Assembly (NCBI GenBank): GCA_021324815.1
Contig: JAJPIJ010000042.1
Coordinates: forward strand, 9,505 to 73,504
Length of the DNA stretch: 64,000 nt
Source of the DNA: Gammaproteobacteria bacterium
GTDB lineage: Bacteria > Pseudomonadota > Gammaproteobacteria > JAJPIJ01
Direction of reading: 5' to 3'
Shown here: in pieces, positions 1-11,838 of the stretch
How the letters are laid out: each line of letters starts with the position of its first letter
Position numbering within the stretch: position 1 is the first letter of the stretch
Notes under the pieces: generated by a model
What the model saw: the letters and a program-made list of their open reading frames with translations, nothing else
What the model was told of the DNA's origin: nothing
Database searches by the model: none
Translations under genes and position numbers: made by a program

Positions 1-2
1 GC

Positions 3-422
3 ATCACCAGCTGGACCGGGCTGTGCCGGCTGCTGCGCGGCGAGGCGTTGAAGCTGCGCGAGTCGGACTTCGTGCAGGCGGCCCGGGCGCTGGGCGTCGG
101 GCATTTCGTCCTCCTGGGGCGCCACATCGTCCCCAACGTGATGCACATCGTCATGATCACCGTGGTGCTGGACTTCAGCGGCCTGGTGCTGGCCGAGGCG
201 GTGCTGTCCTACATCAACATCGGCGTGGACCCGGCCATGAACAGCTGGGGCAACATGATCAACGGCGCGCGCCTGGAGATGGCGCGCGATCCGGTGGTGT
301 GGTGGTCGCTCGCCGCCGCCTTCAGCTTCATGTTCGTGCTGGTGCTGGCGGCGAACCTGTTCGCCGACGTCGTGCGCGACGCCTTTGACCCGCGCCTGCG
401 TCGCGGAGGGCGGGGCACATGA
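3..422 (+). CDS. Peptide/nickel ABC transporter permease (DppC/OppC family), 5'-truncated
   Basis: Frame open from the window start; EAA-like loop (DFVQAARALG...RHIVPN), LAEAVLSY, SWGNMI, NLFADVVRDAFDP; stop overlaps the next ATG. Confidence 0.9.
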   Translation: MTSWTGLCRLLRGEALKLRESDFVQAARALGVGHFVLLGRHIVPNVMHIVMITVVLDFSGLVLAEAVLSYINIGVDPAMNSWGNMINGARLEMARDPVVWWSLAAAFSFMFVLVLAANLFADVVRDAFDPRLRRGGRGT

Positions 423-2446
423 CGGCGCCGCTGCTCGAAGTCGAGGGGCTGCGGGTGCATCTGGGCGATCCGGCGCGGCCGGTGCGCGCGGTCGAGGGCG
501 TCGATTTCATGCTGCGACGGGGCGAGATCTTCGCGCTGCTCGGCGAGTCCGGCTGCGGCAAGTCCATGACGGCCTTCGCGCTGCTGCGCCTGCTGCCGCC
601 CTCCGGACGTTTCATCGCCGGCAGCGTCCGCCTGGACGGGCGGGACCTGCTGCGCCTGCCCGAGCACGCCATGCGCGAAGTGCGCGGGCGCCGCATCGCC
701 ATGATCTTCCAGGAGCCGCAGACGGCGCTCAATCCGGTGATGACGGCGGGCGCGCAGATCGAGGAAGTGCTGAACTGCCATCGCCACCTGCGCGGCGCGG
801 CGGCGCGGCGGCGGACCGTTGAACTGCTGGCCGAGGTCGGCATCCCGGATCCGGAGCGGCGCTGCGACGAGTATCCGCACCAGCTCTCCGGCGGCATGAA
901 GCAGCGGGTGTTGATCGCCATGGCGCTGGCCGGCGAGCCGGACATTTTGATCGCCGACGAGCCGACCACGGCGCTGGACGTCACCATCCAGGCGCAGGTG
1001 CTGGAGCTGCTGCGGCGTCTGAAGCAGAAGACCGGCATGGCGGTGCTGCTCATCACGCACGATTTAGGCGTGGTGGCGGAAATGGCGGATCGCGTGGCGG
1101 TCATGTACGCCGGCCACATCGTCGAGCAGGCGGATCGCGAAACCTTCTTCCGCAGCCCGGCGCATCCCTACACCCGGCGGCTGTTCGATTCGGTGCCCAC
1201 GCTCGACAAGCGCGCCGGACGCCTTGCCGTCATCGCCGGCGCCGTGCCGCCGCTGACGCAGGTGTTCCGCGGTTGCCGTTTCGAGTCGCGCTGCGAACTG
1301 CGCATGGACGTGTGCGCGGAGCAGCCGCCGCGATGGTGGGCGGGCGAGGGGACGCAACGGGTGCGTTGCCACCTGTTCGATCCGAAAATCGCCGCGGGTG
1401 TGCGCGTCACCGCGGCGGCCGCGGTGACGCCGGCCGCCGCACCGGCGATGGCGCCGCCATCCGATCAAACGCCGCTGCTGAGCGTGCGTGATCTGAAGGT
1501 CCATTTCCCCATCCAGCGCGGCCTGTTCCGCCGCACGGTGGGCCGGGTGTATGCCGTCGATGGCGTGTCGCTCGATATCGCGCCGGGCAGAACGCTGGCG
1601 CTGGTGGGGGAATCCGGCTGCGGCAAGACCACGGCGGGCAAGGCCATCGTCCAGTTGCTGCCGCTGACGGCGGGCCGGGTCCGTTTCCAGGGGCGGGAGC
1701 TGACGCAGATCGACGCCCGCCGGTTGCGGCGGCTGCGCGCCGACATCCAGTTCATCTTCCAGGATCCCTACGCCGCCATGAACCCGCGCATGATGGTGGG
1801 CGACATCGTCGCCGAGGGCATGGTGGCGCAGGGCATCGGCGCCAGCCGGCGCGAGCGCATGCAGCGCGTGGATGAGCTGCTGCAGCAGGTGGGTCTGCCG
1901 CCAGACATCAAGTCCCGCTACCCGCACGAATTCTCCGGCGGCCAGCGCCAGCGCATCTGCATCGCCCGGGCGCTGGCGGTGAATCCCAGGCTCATCATCT
2001 GCGACGAGCCGACCAGCGCGCTGGACGTGTCCGTGCAGGCGCAGATCCTGAATCTCCTGAAGGAGCTCCAGGATCGCCGGGGTCTGAGCTATCTCTTCAT
2101 CACCCATAATCTCGCGGTGGTGGAATATCTGGCCCATCACGTGGCGGTCATGTACCTGGGGCGCATCGTCGAGCACGGCACGGTGGAGGACGTGCTTCAG
2201 CGGCCGCAGCATCCCTACACCCGCGCGCTGCTTTCCGCCGTGCCGCAGATCGATCCCCGCACCCGGCGCGAGGTCATCCGGCTTGCCGGCGAGCTGCCAT
2301 CGCCATCGGCGCCGCCGCGCGGCTGCCACTTCCATCCACGCTGCCCGCAGGCCATGCCGCAATGTCGCGCGACATATCCGGGAAAGGTCGCCGTCAGCGG
2401 CTCGCATTCCGTGCACTGCCTGCTTTACGGCCCCGGACAGTCCTGA
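419..2446 (+). CDS. Peptide ABC transporter ATP-binding protein, fused DppD/DppF type
   Basis: Two Walker A motifs (GESGCGKS, GESGCGKT), LSGG/FSGG signatures, DEPT, two oligo_HPY tails with Cys clusters. Confidence 0.95.
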   Translation: MTAPLLEVEGLRVHLGDPARPVRAVEGVDFMLRRGEIFALLGESGCGKSMTAFALLRLLPPSGRFIAGSVRLDGRDLLRLPEHAMREVRGRRIAMIFQEPQTALNPVMTAGAQIEEVLNCHRHLRGAAARRRTVELLAEVGIPDPERRCDEYPHQLSGGMKQRVLIAMALAGEPDILIADEPTTALDVTIQAQVLELLRRLKQKTGMAVLLITHDLGVVAEMADRVAVMYAGHIVEQADRETFFRSPAHPYTRRLFDSVPTLDKRAGRLAVIAGAVPPLTQVFRGCRFESRCELRMDVCAEQPPRWWAGEGTQRVRCHLFDPKIAAGVRVTAAAAVTPAAAPAMAPPSDQTPLLSVRDLKVHFPIQRGLFRRTVGRVYAVDGVSLDIAPGRTLALVGESGCGKTTAGKAIVQLLPLTAGRVRFQGRELTQIDARRLRRLRADIQFIFQDPYAAMNPRMMVGDIVAEGMVAQGIGASRRERMQRVDELLQQVGLPPDIKSRYPHEFSGGQRQRICIARALAVNPRLIICDEPTSALDVSVQAQILNLLKELQDRRGLSYLFITHNLAVVEYLAHHVAVMYLGRIVEHGTVEDVLQRPQHPYTRALLSAVPQIDPRTRREVIRLAGELPSPSAPPRGCHFHPRCPQAMPQCRATYPGKVAVSGSHSVHCLLYGPGQS

Positions 2447-2455
2447 CGGAGAGAC

Positions 2456-2851
2456 ATGTCCCGCCGCCGCTTGAAGACCACCGCGCGTGGACGCGCCCGT
2501 CCCACCCTGCGGGTGCTGCTCGGCGCCGTCATCGCCATCGGCCCGGGCAAGGCCGATTTGCTTTCGGCGATCGCCAAGACCGGCTCCATCTCCGCGGCCG
2601 CCAAGCGCATGGGCATGAGCTACCGCCGCGCCTGGCTGCTGGTGGATACCATGAACCGCTGCTTTCGCGCGCCGCTGGTGACGGCGGCCGCCGGCGGGCG
2701 GCGCGGCGGCGGCGCGCGGGTCACGCCGCAGGGAATGGAAATCCTGCGGCGCTACCGGGCCATGGAGGCGCGTGCGATCTCGGCAATCCAGCCTGATTTG
2801 CGCGCCTTCACCTCCCGATTGCGTGATCACCCCCGCCGGCCCGGCGGCTGA
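2456..2851 (+). CDS. modE: ModE-family winged-helix regulator (short form, no molybdate-binding TOBE domains)
   Basis: IGPGKADLL..I..TGSISAAAKRMGMSYRRAW..GG..GGGA motif; directly upstream of modABC. Confidence 0.88.
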   Translation: MSRRRLKTTARGRARPTLRVLLGAVIAIGPGKADLLSAIAKTGSISAAAKRMGMSYRRAWLLVDTMNRCFRAPLVTAAAGGRRGGGARVTPQGMEILRRYRAMEARAISAIQPDLRAFTSRLRDHPRRPGG

Positions 2852-2882
2852 TTGACCGGTGGTTGCCGTTGCTTTTGCCGGT

Positions 2883-2910
2883 TTCGATATATACGATGGA
2901 ATATAACGAT
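2883..2910 (+). promoter_or_regulatory. ModE binding site
   Basis: TTCGATATATA-CGATGG-AATATAACGAT matches the ModE consensus ATCGNTATATA-N6-TATATANCGAT; AT-rich island 33 nt before the modA ATG. Confidence 0.85.
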
Positions 2911-2943
2911 ACCGGCCTGCGAGCGCGGGAACGGAAAACAGCG

Positions 2944-3747
2944 ATGCTAGTCCCTGAACACAGCGCATGCGGGCGTTTATGGGCCGTCATTGCCGGACTG
3001 CTCTGCGCCCTGTTGCCGCAGATCGGTGCGGCCGCCGACGTTCCCATCGTCGCCGCCGCCTCCGATTTGAAGTTCGCCCTGGAGGAAGCCGCCGCGGCCT
3101 TCACCCGCACCACCGGCCGGTCGGTCAGGCTGGTGTTTGGCTCCTCGGGAAATTTCCGCAGTCAGATCGCAGCGGGGGCGCCGATCGAACTTTTCCTGTC
3201 GGCGGACGAAGACCTCGTGACGGCTTTGCAGCATGAGGGACGCACCGCCGGCGGCGGCCGTCTCTACGCCATCGGCCGGCTGGCCTTGATGATACCGCGC
3301 GGTTCGCCACTCAAGGTCGATCCCGGGCTCGGTAACCTGCGCGTCGCCTTGACGGACGGACGCCTGCAAAAATTCGCCATCGCCAACCCCGATCATGCGC
3401 CCTACGGCAAACGGGCGAAGGAGGCGTTGCAGCATGCCGGTCTGTGGGGGGCGATCCAGCCGTTTCTGGTGCTGGGCGAGAATGTCGCCCAGGCCGCGGC
3501 GTATGCCACCTCGGGCTCGGCACAGGGCGGTCTCATCGCCTGGTCGCTGGCACGCTCACCGGGCATCGGCAGGCTTGGCGAAGCCGTCCTCATCCCCGCC
3601 GGGTGGCACTCGCCGCTCAGGCAGCGCATGGTTTTGATCAAGGGAGCGGGGTCCACCGCAGAGGCGTTTTACGCCTTCCTCACGCAGCCCGAGGCGCGGG
3701 CGATCTTTGAGCGCTACGGTTTCACGTTGCCCTCGGATGCCGACTGA
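2944..3747 (+). CDS. modA: Molybdate ABC transporter substrate-binding protein
   Basis: AAASDL, FGSSG, FLSAD, IANPDHAPYG, GENVAQA; ATG 2944 chosen because the track start (2863) would run through the ModE box. Confidence 0.93.
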   Translation: MLVPEHSACGRLWAVIAGLLCALLPQIGAAADVPIVAAASDLKFALEEAAAAFTRTTGRSVRLVFGSSGNFRSQIAAGAPIELFLSADEDLVTALQHEGRTAGGGRLYAIGRLALMIPRGSPLKVDPGLGNLRVALTDGRLQKFAIANPDHAPYGKRAKEALQHAGLWGAIQPFLVLGENVAQAAAYATSGSAQGGLIAWSLARSPGIGRLGEAVLIPAGWHSPLRQRMVLIKGAGSTAEAFYAFLTQPEARAIFERYGFTLPSDAD

Positions 3748-3753
3748 AACGAC

Positions 3754-4414
3754 ATGGACTGGCAGGCGCTGTCGCTGTCGCTAAAACTGTCCACTTGGAC
3801 GGTGATCGTGCTGCTGCCGGCCGGCCTGCTGCTGGCACGCGAACTGGCCTGGCGCCGTTTTCGCGGCAAGAACTTGATCGAAGCCACGCTGTCGTTGCCG
3901 TTGGTGCTGCCGCCGACGGTACTCGGCTACTACTTGCTGGTGGCGATGGGCGGCAACGCGCCGGTGGGCCGATGGTACCAGCAATGGTCCGGTCACCCGC
4001 TGGTATTTTCCTTTGAGGGACTGCTGATTGCCTCCCTCATTTTCAACATGCCGTTTGCCGTGCCGCCCATGCAGCGGGCACTTGAAACCATTCCGAAGGA
4101 GATGCGCGAAGCCGCCGCCGTGTGCGGCTTGTCGCCGTGGCGGATATTTCGACTTGTCGAACTGCCGCTGGCCTGGAATGGCATTTTAACAGCCGCCGTG
4201 CTGACCTTCGCGCATACGCTGGGCGAGTTCGGCGTGGTGCTGATGGTGGGCGGCAGCATCCCCGGCGAGACGCGTACCATCGCAATCGCCATCTACGATC
4301 GCGTGCAGGCCTTCGACCGCGACGCCGCCAACAGCATGGCCGCATTGCTGCTGGCGTTGTCGTTTGTGGCAATCGTTGTCGCCCAACTGGGTGGTGGATA
4401 CCTCAGTCGCCGTC

Positions 4415-4425
<11 letters not shown>
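3754..4425 (+). CDS. modB: Molybdate ABC transporter permease
   Basis: LPLVLPPTVLGYYLL, FAHTLGEFGVVLMVGGSIPGETRT. Confidence 0.95.
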
Positions 4426-5575
<1,150 letters not shown>

Positions 5576-6928
5576 TCACGCCTCACCGGCGGTATCGCGC
5601 AGGGTGAGAAACTCCTCGGCGACGGTGGGATGGATGCCGATGATGGCGTCGATCTGCGACTTGGTGGCGCCGCACTTGATGGCGATGGCGAGCCCCTGGA
5701 TCACCTCGGCGGCGCCATCGCCGACCATGTGCGCGCCGAGCACGCGATCGTTCGAGGCATCGACGACGAGTTTCACCAGCACGCGCTGTTCGCTGTCGGT
5801 CAGCAGCTCGCGCGTGGGCTTGAACCGCGAACGAAAAACCTTGATGCGCCTGTGCCGCTCGCGGGCGCGCTCCTCGCTCAGGCCCACCGACGCCAGTTCC
5901 GGCGTGGCGAACACGGCCGTGGGAACGGCGTGATAGTCCATGCGCCCGCGGCCTTCGCCGAAAAGATTGCGGGCGAAGACCTCGGCTTCGGCGATGGCCA
6001 CCGGCGTCAGCCGCATGCGATCAATCACGTCGCCCAGCGCGAAGATCGAGGGCGCGGAGGAGCGGAAGCCGTCATCGACCTGCACGGCGCCGCTCCCGGT
6101 CAGCTCCACGCCGGCCCGCTCCAGTCCCAGGCCGGCGGTGTTGGGCAGGCGGCCGGTCGCGCAGAGGATGAGGTCGGCGTGCATTTGCCGGCCGCCGGCC
6201 AGTATGGCCGTCAGGCCCGCGGCGCCGCGCTCGACGGCAGACACGCGACTGTCCAGTAACAGGGTGACGCCGCGCGCGCGCAGGGCCCCACCCAAGTGTT
6301 TGCGCGCCTCGTCATCGAAGCCGCGCAGGATGGAATCGCCGCGGTGGATCAGCGTGGTCTCCACGCCCAGGCCGTGGAAGATGCTGGCGAACTCGACGGC
6401 GATGTAACCGCCGCCCACCACCAGCGCGCGCCGCGGCAGTTGATCGAGGTGAAAGGCGTCGTCGGAGGTGATGACGAGTTCACGACCGGGGAAATCCGGC
6501 ACCGACGGCCGGCCGCCGGTGGCGATCAGGATGTGGCGGGCACGGAGCGATTGTGCGCCCACGGCGACGGTATGCGCGTCCAGCAGCCGCGCCCAACCGC
6601 GCACGAGGGACACGCCGGCGCCGGTCAGCAGGCGTTCGTAGAGATCATTCAGCCGTCGTATGGCGGCGTCCTTGTTGTGAATCAACGCCGGCCAGTCGAA
6701 CTGCGCCGGGGAGCCGCGCCAGCCGTAGGCGACGGCGTCCTCGAATTCCCGCCGGAAGCGGGAGGCGTAGACCAGCAGCTTCTTGGGGATGCAGCCCGCG
6801 TTGACGCAGGTGCCTCCGAGCGCGCCTCCCTCCACCAGCGCGACGCGGGCGTGCAGGCGGGCGGCCGCGCGCGCGGCGCGGACTCCGCCGGAGCCGCCGC
6901 CGATCACGATCAAATCGAATTCACTCAC
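5576..6928 (-). CDS. gor: Glutathione-disulfide reductase
   Basis: GGGSGG FAD motif, GGTCVNAGCIPKK redox disulfide, GGGYIAVEFA, HPTVAEEF. Confidence 0.92.
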   Translation of the reverse strand: MSEFDLIVIGGGSGGVRAARAAARLHARVALVEGGALGGTCVNAGCIPKKLLVYASRFRREFEDAVAYGWRGSPAQFDWPALIHNKDAAIRRLNDLYERLLTGAGVSLVRGWARLLDAHTVAVGAQSLRARHILIATGGRPSVPDFPGRELVITSDDAFHLDQLPRRALVVGGGYIAVEFASIFHGLGVETTLIHRGDSILRGFDDEARKHLGGALRARGVTLLLDSRVSAVERGAAGLTAILAGGRQMHADLILCATGRLPNTAGLGLERAGVELTGSGAVQVDDGFRSSAPSIFALGDVIDRMRLTPVAIAEAEVFARNLFGEGRGRMDYHAVPTAVFATPELASVGLSEERARERHRRIKVFRSRFKPTRELLTDSEQRVLVKLVVDASNDRVLGAHMVGDGAAEVIQGLAIAIKCGATKSQIDAIIGIHPTVAEEFLTLRDTAGEA

Positions 6929-6948
6929 GAACCAGCCCGACTATTGTT

Positions 6949-6992
6949 TCGTTTGCCCTGAGGCCTGTCCTGAGGTACCGGAGGGCGAATGA
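6949..6992. repeat. Degenerate, partly duplicated CCTGnCCTGAG..GAAGGG-family REP-like element
   Basis: TCGTTTGCCCTGAG-GCCTGTCCTGAGGTACCGGAGGG-CGAATGA; resembles the copies at 23838 and 25683. Confidence 0.55.
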
Positions 6993-7007
6993 CATTTTGC
7001 GGTGGGT

Positions 7008-8039
7008 TCAGCCACGCAATCGCCGAACGACGGCGCGGGTGAAGTCGCGGGTGGAGGCCTGTCCGCCGAGATCGCGGGTGCGCACGTGGTCCTGCCGCAG
7101 AACGCCGTCGATGGCGTCGCGCAACCGCCGTGCGCGATCGTGCTCGTCGACGTGATCCAGCATCATCGCCGCCGCCAGCATGAGCGCCACGGGATTGGCC
7201 ACGCCTTGGCCCGCGATGTCCGGCGCCGAGCCGTGCACCGCCTCGAAGATGGCGGCGTCCCGGCCGATGTTGGCGCCCGGCGTCATCCCCAGGCCGCCGA
7301 CCAGCCCGGCGATCAGATCCGAGAGGATGTCGCCGAACATGTTGGTGGTGAGCAGGATGTCGAACTGGGCGGGATTCAGCACCAGTTGCATGGCGCAGGC
7401 GTCGACGATGCGATCCTCAATCTCGATTCTGCCCTCGTACTGCCGGCCGACCTCGCGCACGGTCTCGAGAAAAATTCCGGTGAGCGCCTTCAGGATGTTG
7501 GCCTTGTGCACGATGGTGAGCTTGCGGCGTTTGTGCCTGACCGCGTAATCGAACGCGAACTCGGCGATGCGGCGGCAGCCGGCGCGCGTGTTGACCCCCG
7601 CGCCGATGGCCACCGCGTGCGGATCGCCGCCGATGGGGACGTAGTGCTCGAAGCCGACGTAGTAACCCTCCGTGTTCTCGCGCACCAGCACCAGGTCGAT
7701 GTCCTCATACCGGCCGCCGGGGAGCAGTGTGCGCGCGGGCCGCACGTTGGCGTACAAGTCGAAAGTCTGCCTCAATGCGACGTTGGATGAGCGGTAGCCG
7801 CCGCCGACCGGCGTGGTCAGCGGCCCCTTGAGCGCCAGTTTCGTGCGCCGGATGCTGTCGAGGGTTTCCGCCGGCAGCGGATCGCCGTGCCGCTCGACGC
7901 CGGCCATGCCCGCCGCCCGCGTTTCCCATTCCAGCGGGGCTTGCAGCGCCTCCAGCACCTCGACGGTGGCCTCGACGATCTCGGGACCGATGCCGTCGCC
8001 GGGGATGAGCGTGGCCGGGTGTTTTGCTGCGCGCGTCAT
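7008..8039 (-). CDS. Isocitrate/isopropylmalate dehydrogenase family protein (NAD-IDH-like)
   Basis: IPGDGIGPEI, LKGPLTTP, RENTEG, VHKANILK, NMFGDILSDL, EAVHGSAPDIAG. Confidence 0.9.
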   Translation of the reverse strand: MTRAAKHPATLIPGDGIGPEIVEATVEVLEALQAPLEWETRAAGMAGVERHGDPLPAETLDSIRRTKLALKGPLTTPVGGGYRSSNVALRQTFDLYANVRPARTLLPGGRYEDIDLVLVRENTEGYYVGFEHYVPIGGDPHAVAIGAGVNTRAGCRRIAEFAFDYAVRHKRRKLTIVHKANILKALTGIFLETVREVGRQYEGRIEIEDRIVDACAMQLVLNPAQFDILLTTNMFGDILSDLIAGLVGGLGMTPGANIGRDAAIFEAVHGSAPDIAGQGVANPVALMLAAAMMLDHVDEHDRARRLRDAIDGVLRQDHVRTRDLGGQASTRDFTRAVVRRLRG

Positions 8040-8135
8040 GACGATGAAAAGTTTTTATTTTCGAAGCATTATACGTTAGTTTTACATCTTGAAGACGGAC
8101 GGGATTTCAACCAGTCAAGCCAGGGGGAGAATCGC

Positions 8136-9008
8136 ATGAGCCAAAAGACCAAACCCACCCGCCGGTTGCGGGAATTGATGCAGATGCCCGGCATCATCCG
8201 CTCGCTGGGCGCCCACGACGTGCTGACGGCGGTGCTGATCGAGCAGGCCGGGTTCGAGACGGTGTTCATCGGCGGCTTCGGCACCAGCGCCAGCCTCTAC
8301 GGCCTGCCGGACTTGAACTTCCTCGGCATGCAGGAGATGGCCGACGCCGTGCGGCGCATGGCGCACCGCGTGTCGATCCCGGTCATCGCCGACGGCGACA
8401 CCGGTCACGGCGACCTGCACAACGTCATGCGCTGCGTGGAGGAGTTCGAGGGCGCCGGCGCCGCCGGCATCATCCTCGAGGATCAAATTTTCCCCAAGCG
8501 CTGCGGCCATTTCGAGGGCAAGCAGGTGATCCCGGCGGATGAGATGGTGCGCAAGTTCAAGGCCGCCGTGCGCGCCCGCAACGACAAGGATTTCGTCTTC
8601 ATCGCCCGCACCGACGCCCGCGAGCCGAACGGGCTGGAGGACGCCATCAACCGCATCAACAGCTACTGCGAGGCCGGGGCCGATGTCGCCTTCATCGAGG
8701 CGCCGCTGGCGATGGCGGAGCTGGAACTCATCTGCCGCAAGGTGCCGTATCCCAAGTTCGTCAACATGCTGGCCTTCGGCAAGACGCCCATCCTGAGCGT
8801 GAAGGAACTGGAGGAGATGGGCTTTAAGATGATGGTGGCGCCGATCGATTCGGTGCTGCTGACCGCCAAGGTCATGCGCGACATGGCCGAGGTCTTTGCC
8901 CGCGACGGTCATACGTTGGCGCTTCAGGATCAGATGCTGCGCTTCGACGAGATCAAGAAGATCCTGGGCGTGCAGCAATTCCTGTCGCTGCGCGATTCCC
9001 TTGAATAG
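8136..9008 (+). CDS. Isocitrate lyase/PEP mutase family protein (PrpB/2,3-dimethylmalate lyase-like)
   Basis: ADGDTG, LEDQ..PKRCGH, IARTDA, AGAD..FIEA; GGGGAG RBS before ATG 8136. Confidence 0.88.
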   Translation: MSQKTKPTRRLRELMQMPGIIRSLGAHDVLTAVLIEQAGFETVFIGGFGTSASLYGLPDLNFLGMQEMADAVRRMAHRVSIPVIADGDTGHGDLHNVMRCVEEFEGAGAAGIILEDQIFPKRCGHFEGKQVIPADEMVRKFKAAVRARNDKDFVFIARTDAREPNGLEDAINRINSYCEAGADVAFIEAPLAMAELELICRKVPYPKFVNMLAFGKTPILSVKELEEMGFKMMVAPIDSVLLTAKVMRDMAEVFARDGHTLALQDQMLRFDEIKKILGVQQFLSLRDSLE

Positions 9009-9017
9009 CCGTGGCGT

Positions 9018-10793
9018 TCAGCCGCTGGTGCCGGTCAGACGCTTGTACAGAGCTTCAGTGGAGTACATCGGCAGCGAGCAGTTGTTATTCGTGCAGACAA
9101 AGACCGCGGTCCTGGCGAGCTTGGGGTATTGCACGTCCGGATTTGGCAGCGGCCCCTCGCCGCGGTCCCACCATTCCAGCCGTTTGTAAATTACCGGCCA
9201 GCGTCTGGCCGCATCGAAGAGTCCCCGCGCCGCGGCGTCGGATTTGACGCCGACCACGGTGATGTGCAGCGGCGCCTCCGAGAGTTCCTGATCAGCGAGC
9301 AGCAGGCCAGGCAATAAGCGCCGTTTGGCGATGACGCCGGGCGCCGTCAGATAGCGCATGGCGTGTTGCGCCAGCGCCTGATAACGCTCTTCGCCGGTGT
9401 AGTGGAACAGCAGGTTGGCGGTGCGCGCGACGGTCACGTTCTCGTCGATTTGCCGCACACCGCTGCGGAACACGCCCACCGCGCCTGCCGCCACCGGCGC
9501 GGTCAGGAAACCACCGTCATCCGCCTTGAAGCTGCGTTCAATAAAGTCCATGGCCGCGCGCGCCTGCGCCAGCCAGTCGCGCTTCCCGGTGGCGGCGTAG
9601 AGATCAAGGAAAGCGCGCGCCATGTAGATGCTGTCGCCCAGTTGCGGCGCTGAATTCGCGTCGGCTTTCAATTCGCTGTGACTGAATCCACCGGCGGGCA
9701 ATTGCCGCTGCGCCAGCACCCAGCGGGCTGCATTCTCCGCCAGTGACAGGGCCCCGCTGTCGCCCGTGGCGTTGGCATGGGTGACCAGTGCGTGGATGGC
9801 CCAGCCGTTTTCGCTCCCGTAGATATGACGATCGATGGGTGGCCAGGCGTGGGCGCGGCGCTCGGCGTCACTCCAACCATAAAATGTCCTGCCCATGAGT
9901 TCCATCGAGACGTCGGCGTCCTGGCTCGTGTAAAACGCGCCCTCCGGCGTGCGCAGAAAGTCGCGGAGATAGTGATAGATCAATTGCGCGGCCTTCAAAT
10001 CGCGCGGCTCGTGCCACTGCGCCCAGGCCAGCGAATAGTGCTGCAAATACTGCGACTGGAAGGACATGATCTTTTCAAAGTGCGGGTCGTTCCAGGTGGG
10101 GCCGGCGGAGTACTGATACACCCCGCCCCACACGGGATCGATGAGAGCCTGCCCGGCATCCAGCGTCTGCCGCGCCATTTGCCGGTATCGCTGGTCACCG
10201 GCACCGGCCCGGAGCAGCGCCAATTCCATGCTGTCGCCGTCGATGTATTTCTGCTCCGTGCCCCAGCCACCGTATTGCCGGTCGTACAGCGAGAGGTAAT
10301 CATCCATTATTTCCCCGCGGGCTTCGGCGTTGAGCAGGTGTGATTGGGCGGTCTCCAGCGGCTGTTCGGAGAACACGGAAGGACCGGGCGTGGGGTCGCC
10401 GATGACGGCCTGGAGGAGGGCGGCGAACCGATCCGGCGGGATGTAGCCGCGGCGTTTGACGATCTCGGTGCCGTCCGGCGCGAACACCACCGTGGCCGGC
10501 CAGCCGTAGTCCTCGTAGCGGTTGGAGAGCTCCGGGTTGGCGTCCTGATCGACGCGCACCGGCAGGTAGCGGGACTGCACCAGTTTAATCACCGCCGGAT
10601 CGCGATAAGTGGTCTCCTCCATGACGTGGCACCAGTGGCACCACACCGCGCCCAAGTCGAGCAGCACGAAGCGGTGCTCCCGCCGGGCGCGCTCGAACAG
10701 GCCGGGATCCCACCCCTGCCACTCAATGCCGGCGCCACGGGCGCCGTCCGCGCCCGCCACCAGCAGTATGCACAACGTCAATACCCTGCCCAT
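9018..10793 (-). CDS. DUF255/YyaL thioredoxin-domain protein with probable signal peptide
   Basis: WCHWCHVMEETTY, GWPATV, GGVYQYS, PHFEK, FVCTNNNCSLP; start uncertain (10793 or 10811). Confidence 0.85.
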   Translation of the reverse strand: MGRVLTLCILLVAGADGARGAGIEWQGWDPGLFERARREHRFVLLDLGAVWCHWCHVMEETTYRDPAVIKLVQSRYLPVRVDQDANPELSNRYEDYGWPATVVFAPDGTEIVKRRGYIPPDRFAALLQAVIGDPTPGPSVFSEQPLETAQSHLLNAEARGEIMDDYLSLYDRQYGGWGTEQKYIDGDSMELALLRAGAGDQRYRQMARQTLDAGQALIDPVWGGVYQYSAGPTWNDPHFEKIMSFQSQYLQHYSLAWAQWHEPRDLKAAQLIYHYLRDFLRTPEGAFYTSQDADVSMELMGRTFYGWSDAERRAHAWPPIDRHIYGSENGWAIHALVTHANATGDSGALSLAENAARWVLAQRQLPAGGFSHSELKADANSAPQLGDSIYMARAFLDLYAATGKRDWLAQARAAMDFIERSFKADDGGFLTAPVAAGAVGVFRSGVRQIDENVTVARTANLLFHYTGEERYQALAQHAMRYLTAPGVIAKRRLLPGLLLADQELSEAPLHITVVGVKSDAAARGLFDAARRWPVIYKRLEWWDRGEGPLPNPDVQYPKLARTAVFVCTNNNCSLPMYSTEALYKRLTGTSG

Positions 10794-10915
10794 GCGACCA
10801 TCCCCCTGCATCAGATGCCGCAGCGAATACGTGACGTTACAATAACCGGACGCAGGATGGAGTCAGCGGCCGGGGGGGGGGCGGCAGGCTGCGGGGCTTC
10901 ATCACCGCCTGCTAA

Positions 10916-11761
<846 letters not shown>

Positions 11762-11838
11762 CGGCTGGCTCCGTGTAACGAACGGCGATGGTTCGTCATC
11801 TTTGATTTCAGGCTGGCGGCAACATTCACCGGCAAATC

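Noticed and set aside
11783..11830. GGCGATGGTTCGTC resembles the 5' end of a fluoride riboswitch
   Set aside because: The downstream AAC..GCT.ATGAC/pseudoknot elements are missing
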